Assembly (NCBI GenBank): GCA_041665405.1
Contig: JBAYIZ010000002.1
Coordinates: 7,300 to 71,299, forward strand
Direction: 5' to 3'
DNA length: 64,000 nucleotides
Source of the DNA: Candidatus Magasanikiibacteriota bacterium
GTDB taxonomy: Bacteria > Patescibacteriota > Patescibacteriia > Magasanikbacterales > GWA2-37-8
Under the pieces are notes generated by a model. It worked only from the letters and a program-made list of their open reading frames with translations, made no database searches and was not told the origin of the DNA. The position numbers and the translations under genes were made by a program. Shown here piece by piece: positions 51,401 to 60,323 of the stretch (positions are counted from its first letter, which is position 1; each line of letters opens with the position of its first letter).

Positions 51401-52020
51401 ATATGCCGTTGAATTTGAATTTGGATGAAAATGTCGGAGCTACATTATTTGTTGATCAATCTGCTAATAACAATAATGCAATTTGCGTTGGAGGTTTTTG
51501 CCCGACAGCGGGAGCAGAGGGTAAGGTAAATTTTGGCTTGAATTTTGATGGTTTGAATGATTATTTATCAGTTACTAGTAGTGATGCCATTAATCTCATA
51601 AAATCTGTATCCATCGAGGCCTGGATAAACCCAAATTTTGCTCCTAATGATATGTATTATCAAGTTGTTTTGACCAAAGATTTAAATTATGAGTTAACGG
51701 TGACAAGGGATGGTTCTTTAAGAACTGGTATTACTAATCAGCTGGGTAGTCGAGTGGTATTTAATAGCCCCGGGGTAATTATTAACAATCAATGGAGTCA
51801 TATAGTTATGACTTACGACGGTTTTAAAATTCGTGCTTATGTTAACGGAGTGAAAGTGGGCGAACAATCCCAAACCGGTCTTATCAATATTAATGATAAG
51901 CTACTCTCTATTGGTAATCTAAATAATTATTATTGGTTCCATGGTTTGATGGATAATGTAAAATTATACGGTGTTGTACTTTCTGACGCTGAAATTTTGG
52001 ATCACTACAACAATCTTTAG
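45466..52020 (+). CDS. Giant secreted multidomain protein (alpha/alpha-barrel-like, CARDB/Ig/FN3, propeller-like, three LamG domains)
   Basis: Signal peptide; QNADGSFG repeats; PDLILTNL CARDB-like start; three repeats of EAWI.P...W.H/Y..M.YDG....YVNG....F.G..D. Confidence 0.8.
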   Translation: MLFKRMLVYLTIVSMIGGNFIPFVGVSAANNSKVPKKKDITPVASAAIPETDWSAVDWNEELVLPEDQMEYQRQVKELQDSGRDSEIKNLVVKKHKLSDDDIMARSNVPKDIREMVDDYKNVVSSLGKQVDVKRLEAEKLLLSERIASEHPFVGDKKLNLDINVDQIIDVKSAAKLKPKKLIPYTPNIPTVVEIKPKIKSQTKEKQSNFDLYNVTSRGLRDKADKIEKDIRQKNDKRSVSDLGSSIRKFFGIESASASTPIINYYSGIEKYSSDNALYYISNQQNADGSFGDTSLYENTAQVVWALSEYGRTNNDQYTAAVNYLKNTAPENIREQAVKARVLYGLGLPYQSILDDIIANRNKDGGYGLQKGYVSDVITTGEVVTTLWAGNYSIQDALPKGLLFISSQIPSDGGMRFTANSNPSYFLINFTAQYLYPFKSFTLANDSGVSIPLQPKINSLLNYLSLQFDSSAERLLGAESSLDESATINTWNIYQTDLDKAKLLTSSLQEKQFIDGSFDQSNLATLSALKVIAKPDLILTNLVSTGSLINKSQASFSLTIQNRGYAPAVTTTIYLFAESYNTGIKINLKDLVSAIEPNETITINFNISDTISYFGDVEIKMYAEDDGDINYDDNWIAKTFTFASAANNSPALQMFYMAGKHVIAGNPSLNVRWAKPKVDPNRLNYVIMWRQKGTTDWSFYGINTTWNGAFLGGGFVDGTTYEVTAGVLYNDEQTVTYFSNTTDVKTGAVENMYMGNLSGYITLDNQPLPNVSISGFGVNGKSDSNGNINLSSIPNGSSMSKVQTYQYDELYSTRFPIAINATTTGVRFLTHLKDDVTTPTISNTELRWASNYKVKNQKEYQLLTWGADNVAIKEGDFYLWNPNTQMWTFLSTSPVNSSGGNYTELKWYIPTDLPLGAGYKIKGNLRDYRGNESVFKEWGPFEIIDGTAPQFTVLFPNGGEELVLGTTNTIKWTTTSTNPVNTVSFAIEYPDAYSTLFSNKPNTGSFDWFIPFHPNFIGNKFKIRVSGADSVNNEYSTDSSDNYFTIKDPSPKPADPWAMPQYLFDAITSTAQIISRGNYQIDYDQNGVAHMVYKYTEDYLSLSPRVINEKLMYTKFENDAWTMPISIYEKRWETDSNLNGYQPIVNLKMKLFNGYPQLLWQSSYSGGCINFNTQEIYHYYFDGNNWIGPTNLSNNNTESRDPDFTIDKNGNVSAVWSDGYTWNDTCDPVGDRTSLFTSKFLSGGWANPTTLSLDQYTGYLLLATTADNKLHLVFRSGSDEKIKHTMKNGSTWSTPVALANGFIDNPSLQSFGNKLHYVYRERYTDPTTNINRTRAMYTGYDSSVWNTPEEVSLIADKLSAEIPRVTVSSNGQPQIIFQSYNSVSNKAQLVWTTKLPNNKWLTPQNIAFDSQSYFDGSGVVYGGLNNNLLAVWTGTYSYKPQIIFNTADLNIDYIWPEVVVGISATSTKQIVKVQWSKYDNIDDDFDHFNIYRSVTTSLNGLNPIGTVSNISSTEYTDGGLKSSSIYYYSVTIVDKSGHESTATTWSNGVDVVQDTSSIVDLLFEESGNGAGIDYSGNGNNATCSVGLCPVVGIKGVEGNTINFNGKDQSMSVANNSSLNLVNAVSVEAWIKPKNNNSDASPYEVVATKNLNYELSISKYGAVRYGIINENNIRQVKDSPNVLAFDSWNYVVMTYDGAFVRAYVNGELVSSLAQTGKIRNDNTALTIGQWDNFYHFNGDMDQVTVYNKTLSLQEIETYYAKFTKQEFGLLTYYKLDDSVGSNNFVDSSGNLINSVSCTGNGCPISGVLGRKDTAVLFDGKDDYLKLNDNNFINPSKQITIEAWIKPSFKITDPIYQVVATKNLNYELSVSKYGALRCGIINSAGQRLVKDIPNVVVNNRWNHIAMIYDGAKIDYYVNGEKVGTLPQVGLIRSDTTPLLIGQFDNYYWFDGVIDELKIYDNALSAADIKSHYDEFPLAVGVDMPLNLNLDENVGATLFVDQSANNNNAICVGGFCPTAGAEGKVNFGLNFDGLNDYLSVTSSDAINLIKSVSIEAWINPNFAPNDMYYQVVLTKDLNYELTVTRDGSLRTGITNQLGSRVVFNSPGVIINNQWSHIVMTYDGFKIRAYVNGVKVGEQSQTGLININDKLLSIGNLNNYYWFHGLMDNVKLYGVVLSDAEILDHYNNL

Positions 52021-52206
52021 TGTTTATTTGTCAGAGTTGAATCATTTAGTCCCTCTCTATTTTAAAAAGAGAGAGGCTAAATTAGTAGATTTGGATGTAA
52101 GGAAAATTGTTAACTGTTCTAGAACTGAAGAGATTGAAGAATATTTTCGAAGCTGGTAATAAAAAAATAATTTCAAATATTTTTGTCATTGTGTATGACT
52201 TAAAAT

Positions 52207-52557
52207 ATGAACAAAAAAATACTGAGAAAACAAGAAATAATGTGTGATAAATATGGGGTAAAATGGATAGAATCACCAGATTCTATGAAAGTTGGTATAA
52301 GTAAAAATATTAAGGAAGGAAAGTTGCCAATCAATGGGATGAGACATCCAATATCGGGCGACACTACAGGTTGGTATATTTGGGGCGGCGAAGACATAAC
52401 AAAAGACAAAGATTTTTTTGTGCCATTGCATGTAAATCATTTAGAAGAATGGTGTCCACAGGTTTTGAAATATTTAGGATTGCCACCAGGTAGTAGGTTT
52501 CAAATAGCCGATAATTATGAGGATGTGTGGACGGATAAGAGCTTGTTAATTGCCTAA
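52207..52557 (+). CDS. Imm33-like (DUF2185) immunity protein
   Basis: PINGMRHP..GDTTGWYIWGGE...FFVPLHV.HL....P....YLGLPPG.RF pattern, recognised from memory. Confidence 0.7.
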   Translation: MNKKILRKQEIMCDKYGVKWIESPDSMKVGISKNIKEGKLPINGMRHPISGDTTGWYIWGGEDITKDKDFFVPLHVNHLEEWCPQVLKYLGLPPGSRFQIADNYEDVWTDKSLLIA

Positions 52558-52569
52558 TTAAAAAACCAA

Positions 52570-53634
52570 TTGTATATGCGAAATCAAAAACACATTTTAT
52601 TCATCACGATAGTATTTATTGTATTTTTGTTTTCCTATTCAAACAAAGTTTCAGCTGATACCGTTGTACCTATATTGTTGCCATTTTCGGCTGGAAACTC
52701 TTCAAACGTAGTTCTAGAAAAGAAATACAATCCAGCCAAATTCGAACTGGGAGTAAAGGCAGAGGAAAAAAGCGAACAGGAAATTAAAAAATTAATCAAA
52801 ACAGATCCATATAAAAAAGATGACGGTGAGGTAGGCAACTTATATTTGAAAGGTGACGATCTAAATCGTTTACCAAATATTTCAAAATTGCTAAAAAGTT
52901 ATCCTCATTTACAAATCAATGATGTGAACGCCAAAGGAGATTATGTCGGTTGTCTTTCTCGAAGTGATTATGATGTTAAACGAGCATTTGCAAATATCAA
53001 AGGCAAACAATATATTATTGGTTCGGTCGCTGGTATTTTTGCCTGTGCTACTGGTATTAATGACAATGGGGATGTAGTGGGATATTACGATTATAGAGAA
53101 GGAGTGTCACGAGGTTTTTTATGGAAGAAAAACAAATTAACAAAGTTACCATTACTGAAAATAAACGAAAGTGCAATGCCAGAAAGGATTAATAATAAAG
53201 GTATAATTGTTGGTATGGCTAGTGTGGGACGACCAAATGGTATATCTGAAGAATCTCACGCGGTTCAGTGGGTAAATGTAAAAATAAAAGATCTTGGCAT
53301 TCCGGAAGATAGTGATATTAAATATTGTGGTTGGGCGTTTGATATAAATAATTACGGGCAAGTATTAGTAGATTGCGGTGGCAGGCCGGCAATGTGGTAT
53401 ATGGATAAAATGTATTATTTTGACGATTTGGTTTCTGATTTGGAAATAGGGGAGCGTTTTGATACTTTTATTGAGGATGAATTTAATAGAAACTTTTTTT
53501 CTGATAATTCATTATTTTTTAGAGCAGTAAAATGTTCTTATAAGCCGCAAAAACCTAATGAAGAAGGAATGACGTATTCTTGTGATTATAGGCGTTTGAA
53601 AGTGTCTATTCCAAGAGTACCACCTCATTATTGA
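52570..53634 (+). CDS. Secreted HAF-repeat-like beta-propeller protein
   Basis: Repeats A.GIND.GDVVG, INNKGIIVG...HAVQW, AFDINNYGQV. Confidence 0.7.
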   Translation: MYMRNQKHILFITIVFIVFLFSYSNKVSADTVVPILLPFSAGNSSNVVLEKKYNPAKFELGVKAEEKSEQEIKKLIKTDPYKKDDGEVGNLYLKGDDLNRLPNISKLLKSYPHLQINDVNAKGDYVGCLSRSDYDVKRAFANIKGKQYIIGSVAGIFACATGINDNGDVVGYYDYREGVSRGFLWKKNKLTKLPLLKINESAMPERINNKGIIVGMASVGRPNGISEESHAVQWVNVKIKDLGIPEDSDIKYCGWAFDINNYGQVLVDCGGRPAMWYMDKMYYFDDLVSDLEIGERFDTFIEDEFNRNFFSDNSLFFRAVKCSYKPQKPNEEGMTYSCDYRRLKVSIPRVPPHY

Positions 53635-53821
53635 CAAAAAAGCCATTCTATAGTATGTTGACTGTATAATCAAAAGGTTATATGTTAAGTGTTATATACA
53701 GTACTGGCATATTTGAATACGAGATTATCGCGTTAAGTTTACGTTTATCCTAATAGCTCCCCAAAAGGGAGTTTTTATTATATTTATTAATTTTTTTAAG
53801 AAATAATTAACGTATATCCAT

Positions 53822-56098
53822 ATGAAATTTTGGCAAAACAACAAATTCGTGAATATCCCAATGGGAATATTCCTAATAGTCGGAACACTTATTGTAGGTT
53901 TGGGTGCTTTTTTAAATATCGCGAAAGCACAAACTCCTTGGTATGATTCAGCTTGGCAGTATCGCTCCGTGGTTACTGTAGATAATTCTGCAGTTTCGTC
54001 TGTAACGAATTTACCAATAAAATTTATTTTAGACACAGCTACCTTGATAACAGATAATAAATTAAAATCAGATTGTAGTGATATCCGGTTGACTGATAGC
54101 GACGGAGTGACTTTGTTGCCTGTATATATGGAAACCAATTCTTGTAATTCAGTAGCGTCTGTTTTTTATGGTAAAGTTCCTTCGATTGCTTCTGCTTCCA
54201 CCACGACTATTTATCTATACTATGGAAACCCATCCGCATCCGCAAATTTTTCTTGGGACAATGTATTTTTACCATATAGCGAACAATCAATTGTAAGTTC
54301 TAATATTCCGGGAGCTCGTTATGAACATAAATCTATTTTTTGGAATAATAAATTTTGGGTAATAGGTGGTAGAGTTACACCAAGCACGGATATCGGTTAC
54401 AAAAATGATGTCTGGAGTAGTGAAGATGGAAAAAATTGGACTTTGGTAACTAATAACGGTGATTTTCCCGCGCGTGCCAATTTTGCAATTTATAATTTTC
54501 AAGATAAACTTTGGATTGCGGGTGGTCATGTCGGTATAAGTGTTGATGGTGTGGCAGTAGATGTAAAATTTAGCGATGTCTGGAATACTAGTGATGGTAT
54601 TACTTGGACAAAAGTCACCGAAAATGCTCCTTGGGGTCTTCGTGATAATATGGCTTTCGGTGTTTTTAATAATAAAATGTGGTTAATCGGTGGAACTGTG
54701 AGTGTTGGTGGTGTGAATCAATATGGTAGTGATATTTGGAGTAGTAGTGATGGGGTAAGTTGGAATCAAGAAGTCGTAGTTGCTGATTGGGGGACTCGTT
54801 CATTTGCCAGTGCTTTGACTTTTAATAATAAAATGTATTTGATGGCTGGGTATGGTGCTAATGTAGGTACTACTACAAAAGCATATAAAAATGATGTTTG
54901 GTCTAGTTCTGATGGTATAAATTGGACTGAGGAAACATCTTCATCCGGTTGGAGTCAACGACAGTATGCGGCCACTGCTGTGGCTATGGATAAAATGTGG
55001 ATTTCTGCTGGAAATAGAGGTGCAAGTTTTTTTGATGATTTGTGGTATAGCTCAGATGGTATTACTTGGACAGAAGTTACTGAAACAGCTATTCCTACTC
55101 GTACTAGACACGCTTTGGTTAGTGATGGTACGCGATTACTTTTGATTGATGGTTTGGGATTAGGAAGTTCGTTGTTGTCTGATCGTTGGCAGTTGGTTCG
55201 TCCGTTTGTTGCGCCTGAGCCAATAATTTCTGTAATGGTTGGTAAAGTATATGATATTACAGCCCCTGTGATTACCTTAAATGGCGGTAATGTTTCTGTG
55301 ACAGTAGATTCGGTGTATATTGATGCTGGCGCGACTGCTTTGGATAATGTTGATGGCGATTTAACTTCTAAAATAATTATTAATAATTTGGTAAATACTG
55401 CAGTAACCGGTACTTATGCTGTTACATATGATGTAGTTGATGATGCTGGCAATAATGCTATTCAAATGACAAGGACAGTCACTGTAGTGACGGTTCCAGA
55501 GGCGAATTATAGTCATGTTATTGAATTAAAATCCGGATGGAATGTAATTTCCACACCTCGTATAGTTGCATCACACTTATTTTCAACTTCGGAAACAGTA
55601 GAAAATTTTTCTGTTTATGTTTTGGATCCAACCAATATTTCTGGTTGGTCTACAATGTCTGAAATTGGGCAGACCGAATTTACTCCATTGTATGGATATT
55701 TTATTTATAATAAAACTGGTAGCAATCAAACATTAACATTGAATTATAAAACGGATGTCTCTCCAGCACAACAATTATTTGATCGTATTCTCAAAGCTGG
55801 GTGGAATGTGGTCGGTGTAGCAAATCCAGATTATGCCTTAAAACAGAATGAAACAAATGGCGCTGATACAAATAATGTCAGTAGTATTTTGAATAGTTTG
55901 TCCAGTTGTGTTTCTACGGTATTGGATTTTACTGCTGGTGAAACGGAAAAAAATTCAGTAAAAATTAGTGATGTTTGGGCTAATAAAATTTGGACCGGAG
56001 CGAATTTATTGAATGATTTTCGTGAAACAAAAGCGTATGGTGTATATGTAACATCTGATTGTAATTATGCCGGTTTGCAGAATAATAATTCAATTTAA
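53822..56098 (+). CDS. Secreted DUF2341-like, Kelch-like propeller and Ig-like protein
   Basis: W...WQYR, SDIRLTD, IYLYYGNP; repeated W.IGG...DVWSS.DG..WT; D.TAPVITLNG...DAGATALDNVDGD. Confidence 0.75.
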   Translation: MKFWQNNKFVNIPMGIFLIVGTLIVGLGAFLNIAKAQTPWYDSAWQYRSVVTVDNSAVSSVTNLPIKFILDTATLITDNKLKSDCSDIRLTDSDGVTLLPVYMETNSCNSVASVFYGKVPSIASASTTTIYLYYGNPSASANFSWDNVFLPYSEQSIVSSNIPGARYEHKSIFWNNKFWVIGGRVTPSTDIGYKNDVWSSEDGKNWTLVTNNGDFPARANFAIYNFQDKLWIAGGHVGISVDGVAVDVKFSDVWNTSDGITWTKVTENAPWGLRDNMAFGVFNNKMWLIGGTVSVGGVNQYGSDIWSSSDGVSWNQEVVVADWGTRSFASALTFNNKMYLMAGYGANVGTTTKAYKNDVWSSSDGINWTEETSSSGWSQRQYAATAVAMDKMWISAGNRGASFFDDLWYSSDGITWTEVTETAIPTRTRHALVSDGTRLLLIDGLGLGSSLLSDRWQLVRPFVAPEPIISVMVGKVYDITAPVITLNGGNVSVTVDSVYIDAGATALDNVDGDLTSKIIINNLVNTAVTGTYAVTYDVVDDAGNNAIQMTRTVTVVTVPEANYSHVIELKSGWNVISTPRIVASHLFSTSETVENFSVYVLDPTNISGWSTMSEIGQTEFTPLYGYFIYNKTGSNQTLTLNYKTDVSPAQQLFDRILKAGWNVVGVANPDYALKQNETNGADTNNVSSILNSLSSCVSTVLDFTAGETEKNSVKISDVWANKIWTGANLLNDFRETKAYGVYVTSDCNYAGLQNNNSI

Positions 56099-56101
56099 TG
56101 T

Positions 56102-57028
56102 ATGAAAAGAGTGTTTATTTTCTGCGCGATTTTACTTTTGCCGGTATCAGTTTATGGGGCGAATAATAGTTTTCCATCATTTCCAATGTCGTTTTATGGC
56201 ACAGTATCTGCCGATGGGAGCTCATTGTCTAGTGGCACAAAAGTACGCGCCTATTGTAATGGCGATATAGTTGGTGAAACTACAGTAGCTGGTGGCGGTA
56301 TTTATGGCACATTCGATGTTACGGGCTCAAAATTATTGGTAAAAGAAAATAATTGTTCAGAAATTGTTTTCAAATTTTTTGATGGACAAACAGAAAAAAC
56401 CGGTTTAGAAAAAGTATCGTACAGTGGATCTTTTTCTGCTGGTATGTCTGTTAGTAAAAATTTAAATTTCAAAATTACGGCTGAGCCGGTAATTAATGTG
56501 GGGCAACCATCATCTGGTGGTGGTGGATCTAGCTACCAACCTCCTGTGGTTATTCTTCCTATTGTTACCACAACAATCAAACCAATTATTGAACCAATCA
56601 AAACAACCTCAACCGTCGGTCAAGTTCTTGGTGTCAAAATTACCCGTCTAGATGAATTGGCGGCTAAGTTGAAACAAGGACAGAGCAATAAAGAAGTGAA
56701 TGAATTGCAAAAAGAATTACAAAAACTCGGATTTTTTGCAAAGAATTTTAAGACCACAAATTATTATGGTCCTATGACCGCCGCCGCAGTGAAAAAATAT
56801 AAAGCTAGTATAAAAATTGTTTCAAATGTCGGGCAAGTTCTTGGTGTTAAAGTTACTCGTGTAGATGAATTGATTGCCAAATATAAACTTGGCCAAAGCA
56901 ACAAGGAAATTAATGAAATACAAAATGAAATGCAACGACTTGGTTTCTTTAGAAAGAATTTCAAGACCACAAACTATTATGGTCCTATGACTGCCGCCGC
57001 AGTGAAAAAATATCAGGCCAGTAAATAA
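56102..57028 (+). CDS. Secreted protein with two peptidoglycan-binding-like repeats
   Basis: 71-aa tandem duplication LGFF.KNFKTTNYYGPMTAAAVKKY (DNA units start at 56615 and 56828). Confidence 0.75.
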   Translation: MKRVFIFCAILLLPVSVYGANNSFPSFPMSFYGTVSADGSSLSSGTKVRAYCNGDIVGETTVAGGGIYGTFDVTGSKLLVKENNCSEIVFKFFDGQTEKTGLEKVSYSGSFSAGMSVSKNLNFKITAEPVINVGQPSSGGGGSSYQPPVVILPIVTTTIKPIIEPIKTTSTVGQVLGVKITRLDELAAKLKQGQSNKEVNELQKELQKLGFFAKNFKTTNYYGPMTAAAVKKYKASIKIVSNVGQVLGVKVTRVDELIAKYKLGQSNKEINEIQNEMQRLGFFRKNFKTTNYYGPMTAAAVKKYQASK

Positions 57029-57064
57029 AATGGAGTGGCTTTTGGAGAATATTTATGGTAAAAT

Positions 57065-58033
57065 ATGGATAATATGCGTAAGACATTAAAAAAATATTTC
57101 ATTCCTCACGAGGAGAACAATTATCATCCGCATATTTTGCATACCAAAAGAGCGGTATTTTATGGTTTGGTTTTTTTCTTGGCAAAAGTAGTGTTGGTGA
57201 CATTTGTGATATTTTTACCTAATGAAGTATTTGTTTTACCAGATGTATTGGCCGAAGAACAAAAACAGATTATCGCCTTGACCAATGAAGTGCGTGCAGA
57301 AAATGGCTTGCCCACATTGGACGTCGCCACAAAATTAAATACCTCAGCACAATACAAAGCCGATGATATGTCTGCTAAAGAGTATTTTGCTCATACCGAA
57401 AATAACGTCACCGTGTCTACTTGGCTTCAATCTGCTGGATACAAATATGAAACGGCTGGTGAAAATTTGGCGGTAGGGTATAGCACTGCGCAAGATATTG
57501 TAGAGGCATGGAAAAATAGCCCAACTCATTATGCGAATTTGATTGATTTAGATTTTAAGGATTTTGGTGTTGGGTTGTCTGGTGGTATGTATGATGGGCA
57601 GGCGACGGTTTTTATTGCTCAGCATTTGGCATCACCATTGGTAGTAGTTGAAAGTGAATCTGTACCAGCGGTCGCACAAACAAAAGTTGAAAAAACTATA
57701 GTTAAAAAAGAAATAGAACAAAAAATAGTAGAAATAGCCGCAACCACTTCCTCGGTGTTATCCGCCAAGGTAGAAAATGTTTCACCTACCGTCGCTCCCG
57801 TAATAAATCTTAAAGCCCCAACCCCAGTAGACAAATATATCCAAGCCAAAAGTGTTTTATCGCCGGTGACCAATATTTTTGCAGTGTCAAAGAATATTTA
57901 TTTGGTCGCCATATTTTTCTTTGCTTTTGTGTTGATTCTCAATATTATCATTGAAGTTCGTAGGCAACATCCTCATGTTATAATGCAGACGACTGGATTG
58001 ATTGCGCTACTGGTTGCGTTTTGGAAGTTTTAA
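57065..58033 (+). CDS. CAP (SCP) domain membrane protein
   Basis: LTNEVR, KADDM...YFAH, AGENLA, W.NSPTH..N. Confidence 0.88.
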   Translation: MDNMRKTLKKYFIPHEENNYHPHILHTKRAVFYGLVFFLAKVVLVTFVIFLPNEVFVLPDVLAEEQKQIIALTNEVRAENGLPTLDVATKLNTSAQYKADDMSAKEYFAHTENNVTVSTWLQSAGYKYETAGENLAVGYSTAQDIVEAWKNSPTHYANLIDLDFKDFGVGLSGGMYDGQATVFIAQHLASPLVVVESESVPAVAQTKVEKTIVKKEIEQKIVEIAATTSSVLSAKVENVSPTVAPVINLKAPTPVDKYIQAKSVLSPVTNIFAVSKNIYLVAIFFFAFVLILNIIIEVRRQHPHVIMQTTGLIALLVAFWKF

Positions 58034-58149
58034 AATATTTTATAGCTAATAAGACAGTTTGCACCTGCAAGCTGTTTTTTGTTGTATTATTGCATTTTAG
58101 TTTGTTTTAAGATAAAATACACTTATTCAAAAAATAGTAATTAATATTT

Positions 58150-58641
58150 ATGATGCATGGCTTAGTAAACTTTTTTTCCAGTTTTCCTCCCCAATTAGCA
58201 ACATTATTTTTGGCTATGACACCAGTGGGAGAACTGCGTTTGTCTATACCGGTCGCTTTGTTGGTGTATCATTTGTCATTATTTGAGGCGATGTTTTGGT
58301 CAATTCTCGGAAATATGATTCCGGCACTCATTATATTATATTTTTCGGATTTGTTTCATATTTGGATTCAAAAACAATCTGGGTATTTTTCCAAAAAATG
58401 GGTCAATGCTTTGGCTCGTGCACAGTCCAAATTTTCTGGTAATTATGCCAAATATGGTTTGATTGGTTTGATGATTTTTATTGGCGTTCCTATCCCCGGC
58501 ACTGGCGCGTTTACTGGAGCGTTGGCCGCATTTGTATTTGGTATTCCATTTAAAAAATCCTGGCCTTATGTTTTGGGTGGTGTTTTTATTGCCGCTTGTA
58601 TTACTTCTGCGGTGACATTAGGGTTAGGAAAGATTTTTTAA
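58150..58641 (+). CDS. Putative small multidrug export family membrane protein
   Basis: PVGELRLSIP, FIGVPIPGTGAFTG. Confidence 0.8.
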   Translation: MMHGLVNFFSSFPPQLATLFLAMTPVGELRLSIPVALLVYHLSLFEAMFWSILGNMIPALIILYFSDLFHIWIQKQSGYFSKKWVNALARAQSKFSGNYAKYGLIGLMIFIGVPIPGTGAFTGALAAFVFGIPFKKSWPYVLGGVFIAACITSAVTLGLGKIF

Positions 58642-58642
58642 T

Positions 58643-59719
58643 ATGACTTTGGAAAAATTACAAGAACTGAATAAAAAGATTGAGGAGGCGATGAATCTTT
58701 TGAAATTGTCTGATTTAAAAATAAAAGCCCAACAGCTCGAAGAACAGATGAATGTGTCTGATTTTTGGTCTGACCAAAAACGGGCACAAAATATTTCTCA
58801 AGATTATCAGAATATAAAAAGTGAAGTAGAAAAGTGGGAGGAAATAAAAAAACAGGCGGGTGATCTTTTAGAGTTGGCACAATCTGGTGATGAGAGTTTG
58901 GAAAAGGAAATTGAAACCCAGACAACTGTATTGGAAAAAAAATTTGAAGAGTATGAATTATTTTTATTACTCAATGGACCATACGATCAAAATAATGCTA
59001 TCGTAGCGATTCATGCTGGTAGTGGTGGCACTGAAGCTCAGGATTGGGCAGAGATGCTTTTGAGGATGGTGACTAGATTTTGTGAAAAAGAAAATTGGCG
59101 GATAGAAATTTTGGATGAAAGTCGTGGGGCGGAAGCGGGATACAAATCTATTACTTTTCGCGTGAGTGGTCGTTATGCTTTTGGATATCTCAAATCCGAG
59201 CACGGTGTTCATCGCTTGGTGCGTATTTCTCCGTTTGATGCCGAGAAGATGCGCCACACTTCTTTTGCTTTGATGGAAGTATTACCTGAGCTTGATGAAA
59301 AAATAGAAGTTGAAATTGATCCAAAAGATTTGCGTATTGATACTTTTATGAGTGGTGGCAAAGGTGGACAAAGTGTAAACACTACTTATAGTGCCGTGCG
59401 TGTGGTGCATATTCCGACTGGCATTAGTGTGTCTTGTCAAAATGAAAGATCGCAAACACAAAACAAAGAAACAGCGATGAAAATTTTGCGAGCAAAACTT
59501 CATTTGATTGAAGAAGAAAAAAAAGAAAAAGAACATTTGGAATTACGCGGTGAATATAAATCGGCTGAATGGGGGAATCAAATTCGCAGTTATGTTTTAC
59601 ATCCATATCATCTAGTAAAAGATCATCGCACGGATTATGAAAGTACCGATCCCGAGGGTGTACTGGAAGGGGATCTGTTGCCACTATGTGAAGCATATTT
59701 AAAATGGAAGAAAAAATAA
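58643..59719 (+). CDS. prfB: Peptide chain release factor 2 (continuous ORF)
   Basis: GGTEAQDW, SPF specificity motif, GGQ, WGNQIRSYV. Confidence 0.96.
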   Translation: MTLEKLQELNKKIEEAMNLLKLSDLKIKAQQLEEQMNVSDFWSDQKRAQNISQDYQNIKSEVEKWEEIKKQAGDLLELAQSGDESLEKEIETQTTVLEKKFEEYELFLLLNGPYDQNNAIVAIHAGSGGTEAQDWAEMLLRMVTRFCEKENWRIEILDESRGAEAGYKSITFRVSGRYAFGYLKSEHGVHRLVRISPFDAEKMRHTSFALMEVLPELDEKIEVEIDPKDLRIDTFMSGGKGGQSVNTTYSAVRVVHIPTGISVSCQNERSQTQNKETAMKILRAKLHLIEEEKKEKEHLELRGEYKSAEWGNQIRSYVLHPYHLVKDHRTDYESTDPEGVLEGDLLPLCEAYLKWKKK

Positions 59720-59720
59720 T

Positions 59721-60323
59721 ATGCAAATAATGTCTGAATGCAATTTAGCAAAAATTGTGATTGAAATTTTGTCTGGTAAAGTAATGGTTTTTCCGACGGA
59801 AACTTCTTATGCGATAGGGTGTGATGCTACCAATCAAGCGGCGGTGGATCGTATTTTTGATATCAAAGGACGAGAAGGGAACAAACCATTATTGATAGTA
59901 GTAGATAGCACAGAAACAGCCAAAAAATATTTACATTGGAGTGAAAATTTACAAAAATTGGCGGATAAATATTGGCCCGGGGCGGTGACAGTAGTAGGGG
60001 AATCTATTGAGGATCATTTGGCCAAAGGGGTAATCAAACGCGATGGTACTGTTGGTCTGCGAGTATCTGCCTATCCATTATTAAAATCCATTACCGAAAA
60101 AATTGGCCGACCACTGGTGGCTACTTCAGCCAACATTGCTGGTGAAGAAAATCTGTATGATGCCAAAAAAATTATCGAAGTTTTTTTCAAACAAAAAAAT
60201 CAACCAGACATAATTTTAGATTACGGAATGTTACCAACAAAACCACCGACAACAGTAGTTAGTGTCATCGGTGATGATATAAAAATATTAAGACAGGGCG
60301 AGTTATTAATTAACCTGAACTAG
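59721..60323 (+). CDS. tsaC: L-threonylcarbamoyladenylate synthase (TsaC/Sua5)
   Basis: FPTETSY, KGR...KPL, WPG, ATSAN, LRQG. Confidence 0.92.
   Translation: MQIMSECNLAKIVIEILSGKVMVFPTETSYAIGCDATNQAAVDRIFDIKGREGNKPLLIVVDSTETAKKYLHWSENLQKLADKYWPGAVTVVGESIEDHLAKGVIKRDGTVGLRVSAYPLLKSITEKIGRPLVATSANIAGEENLYDAKKIIEVFFKQKNQPDIILDYGMLPTKPPTTVVSVIGDDIKILRQGELLINLN

Noticed and set aside
50130-52020. Three LamG repeats as DGR repeats or an array
   Set aside because: Protein-level repeats with divergent DNA and no A-specific pattern.
56615-57025. 213-nt-period direct repeat as a second TR/VR pair
   Set aside because: Both units are in one ORF and the differences are not adenine-specific; ordinary domain duplication.
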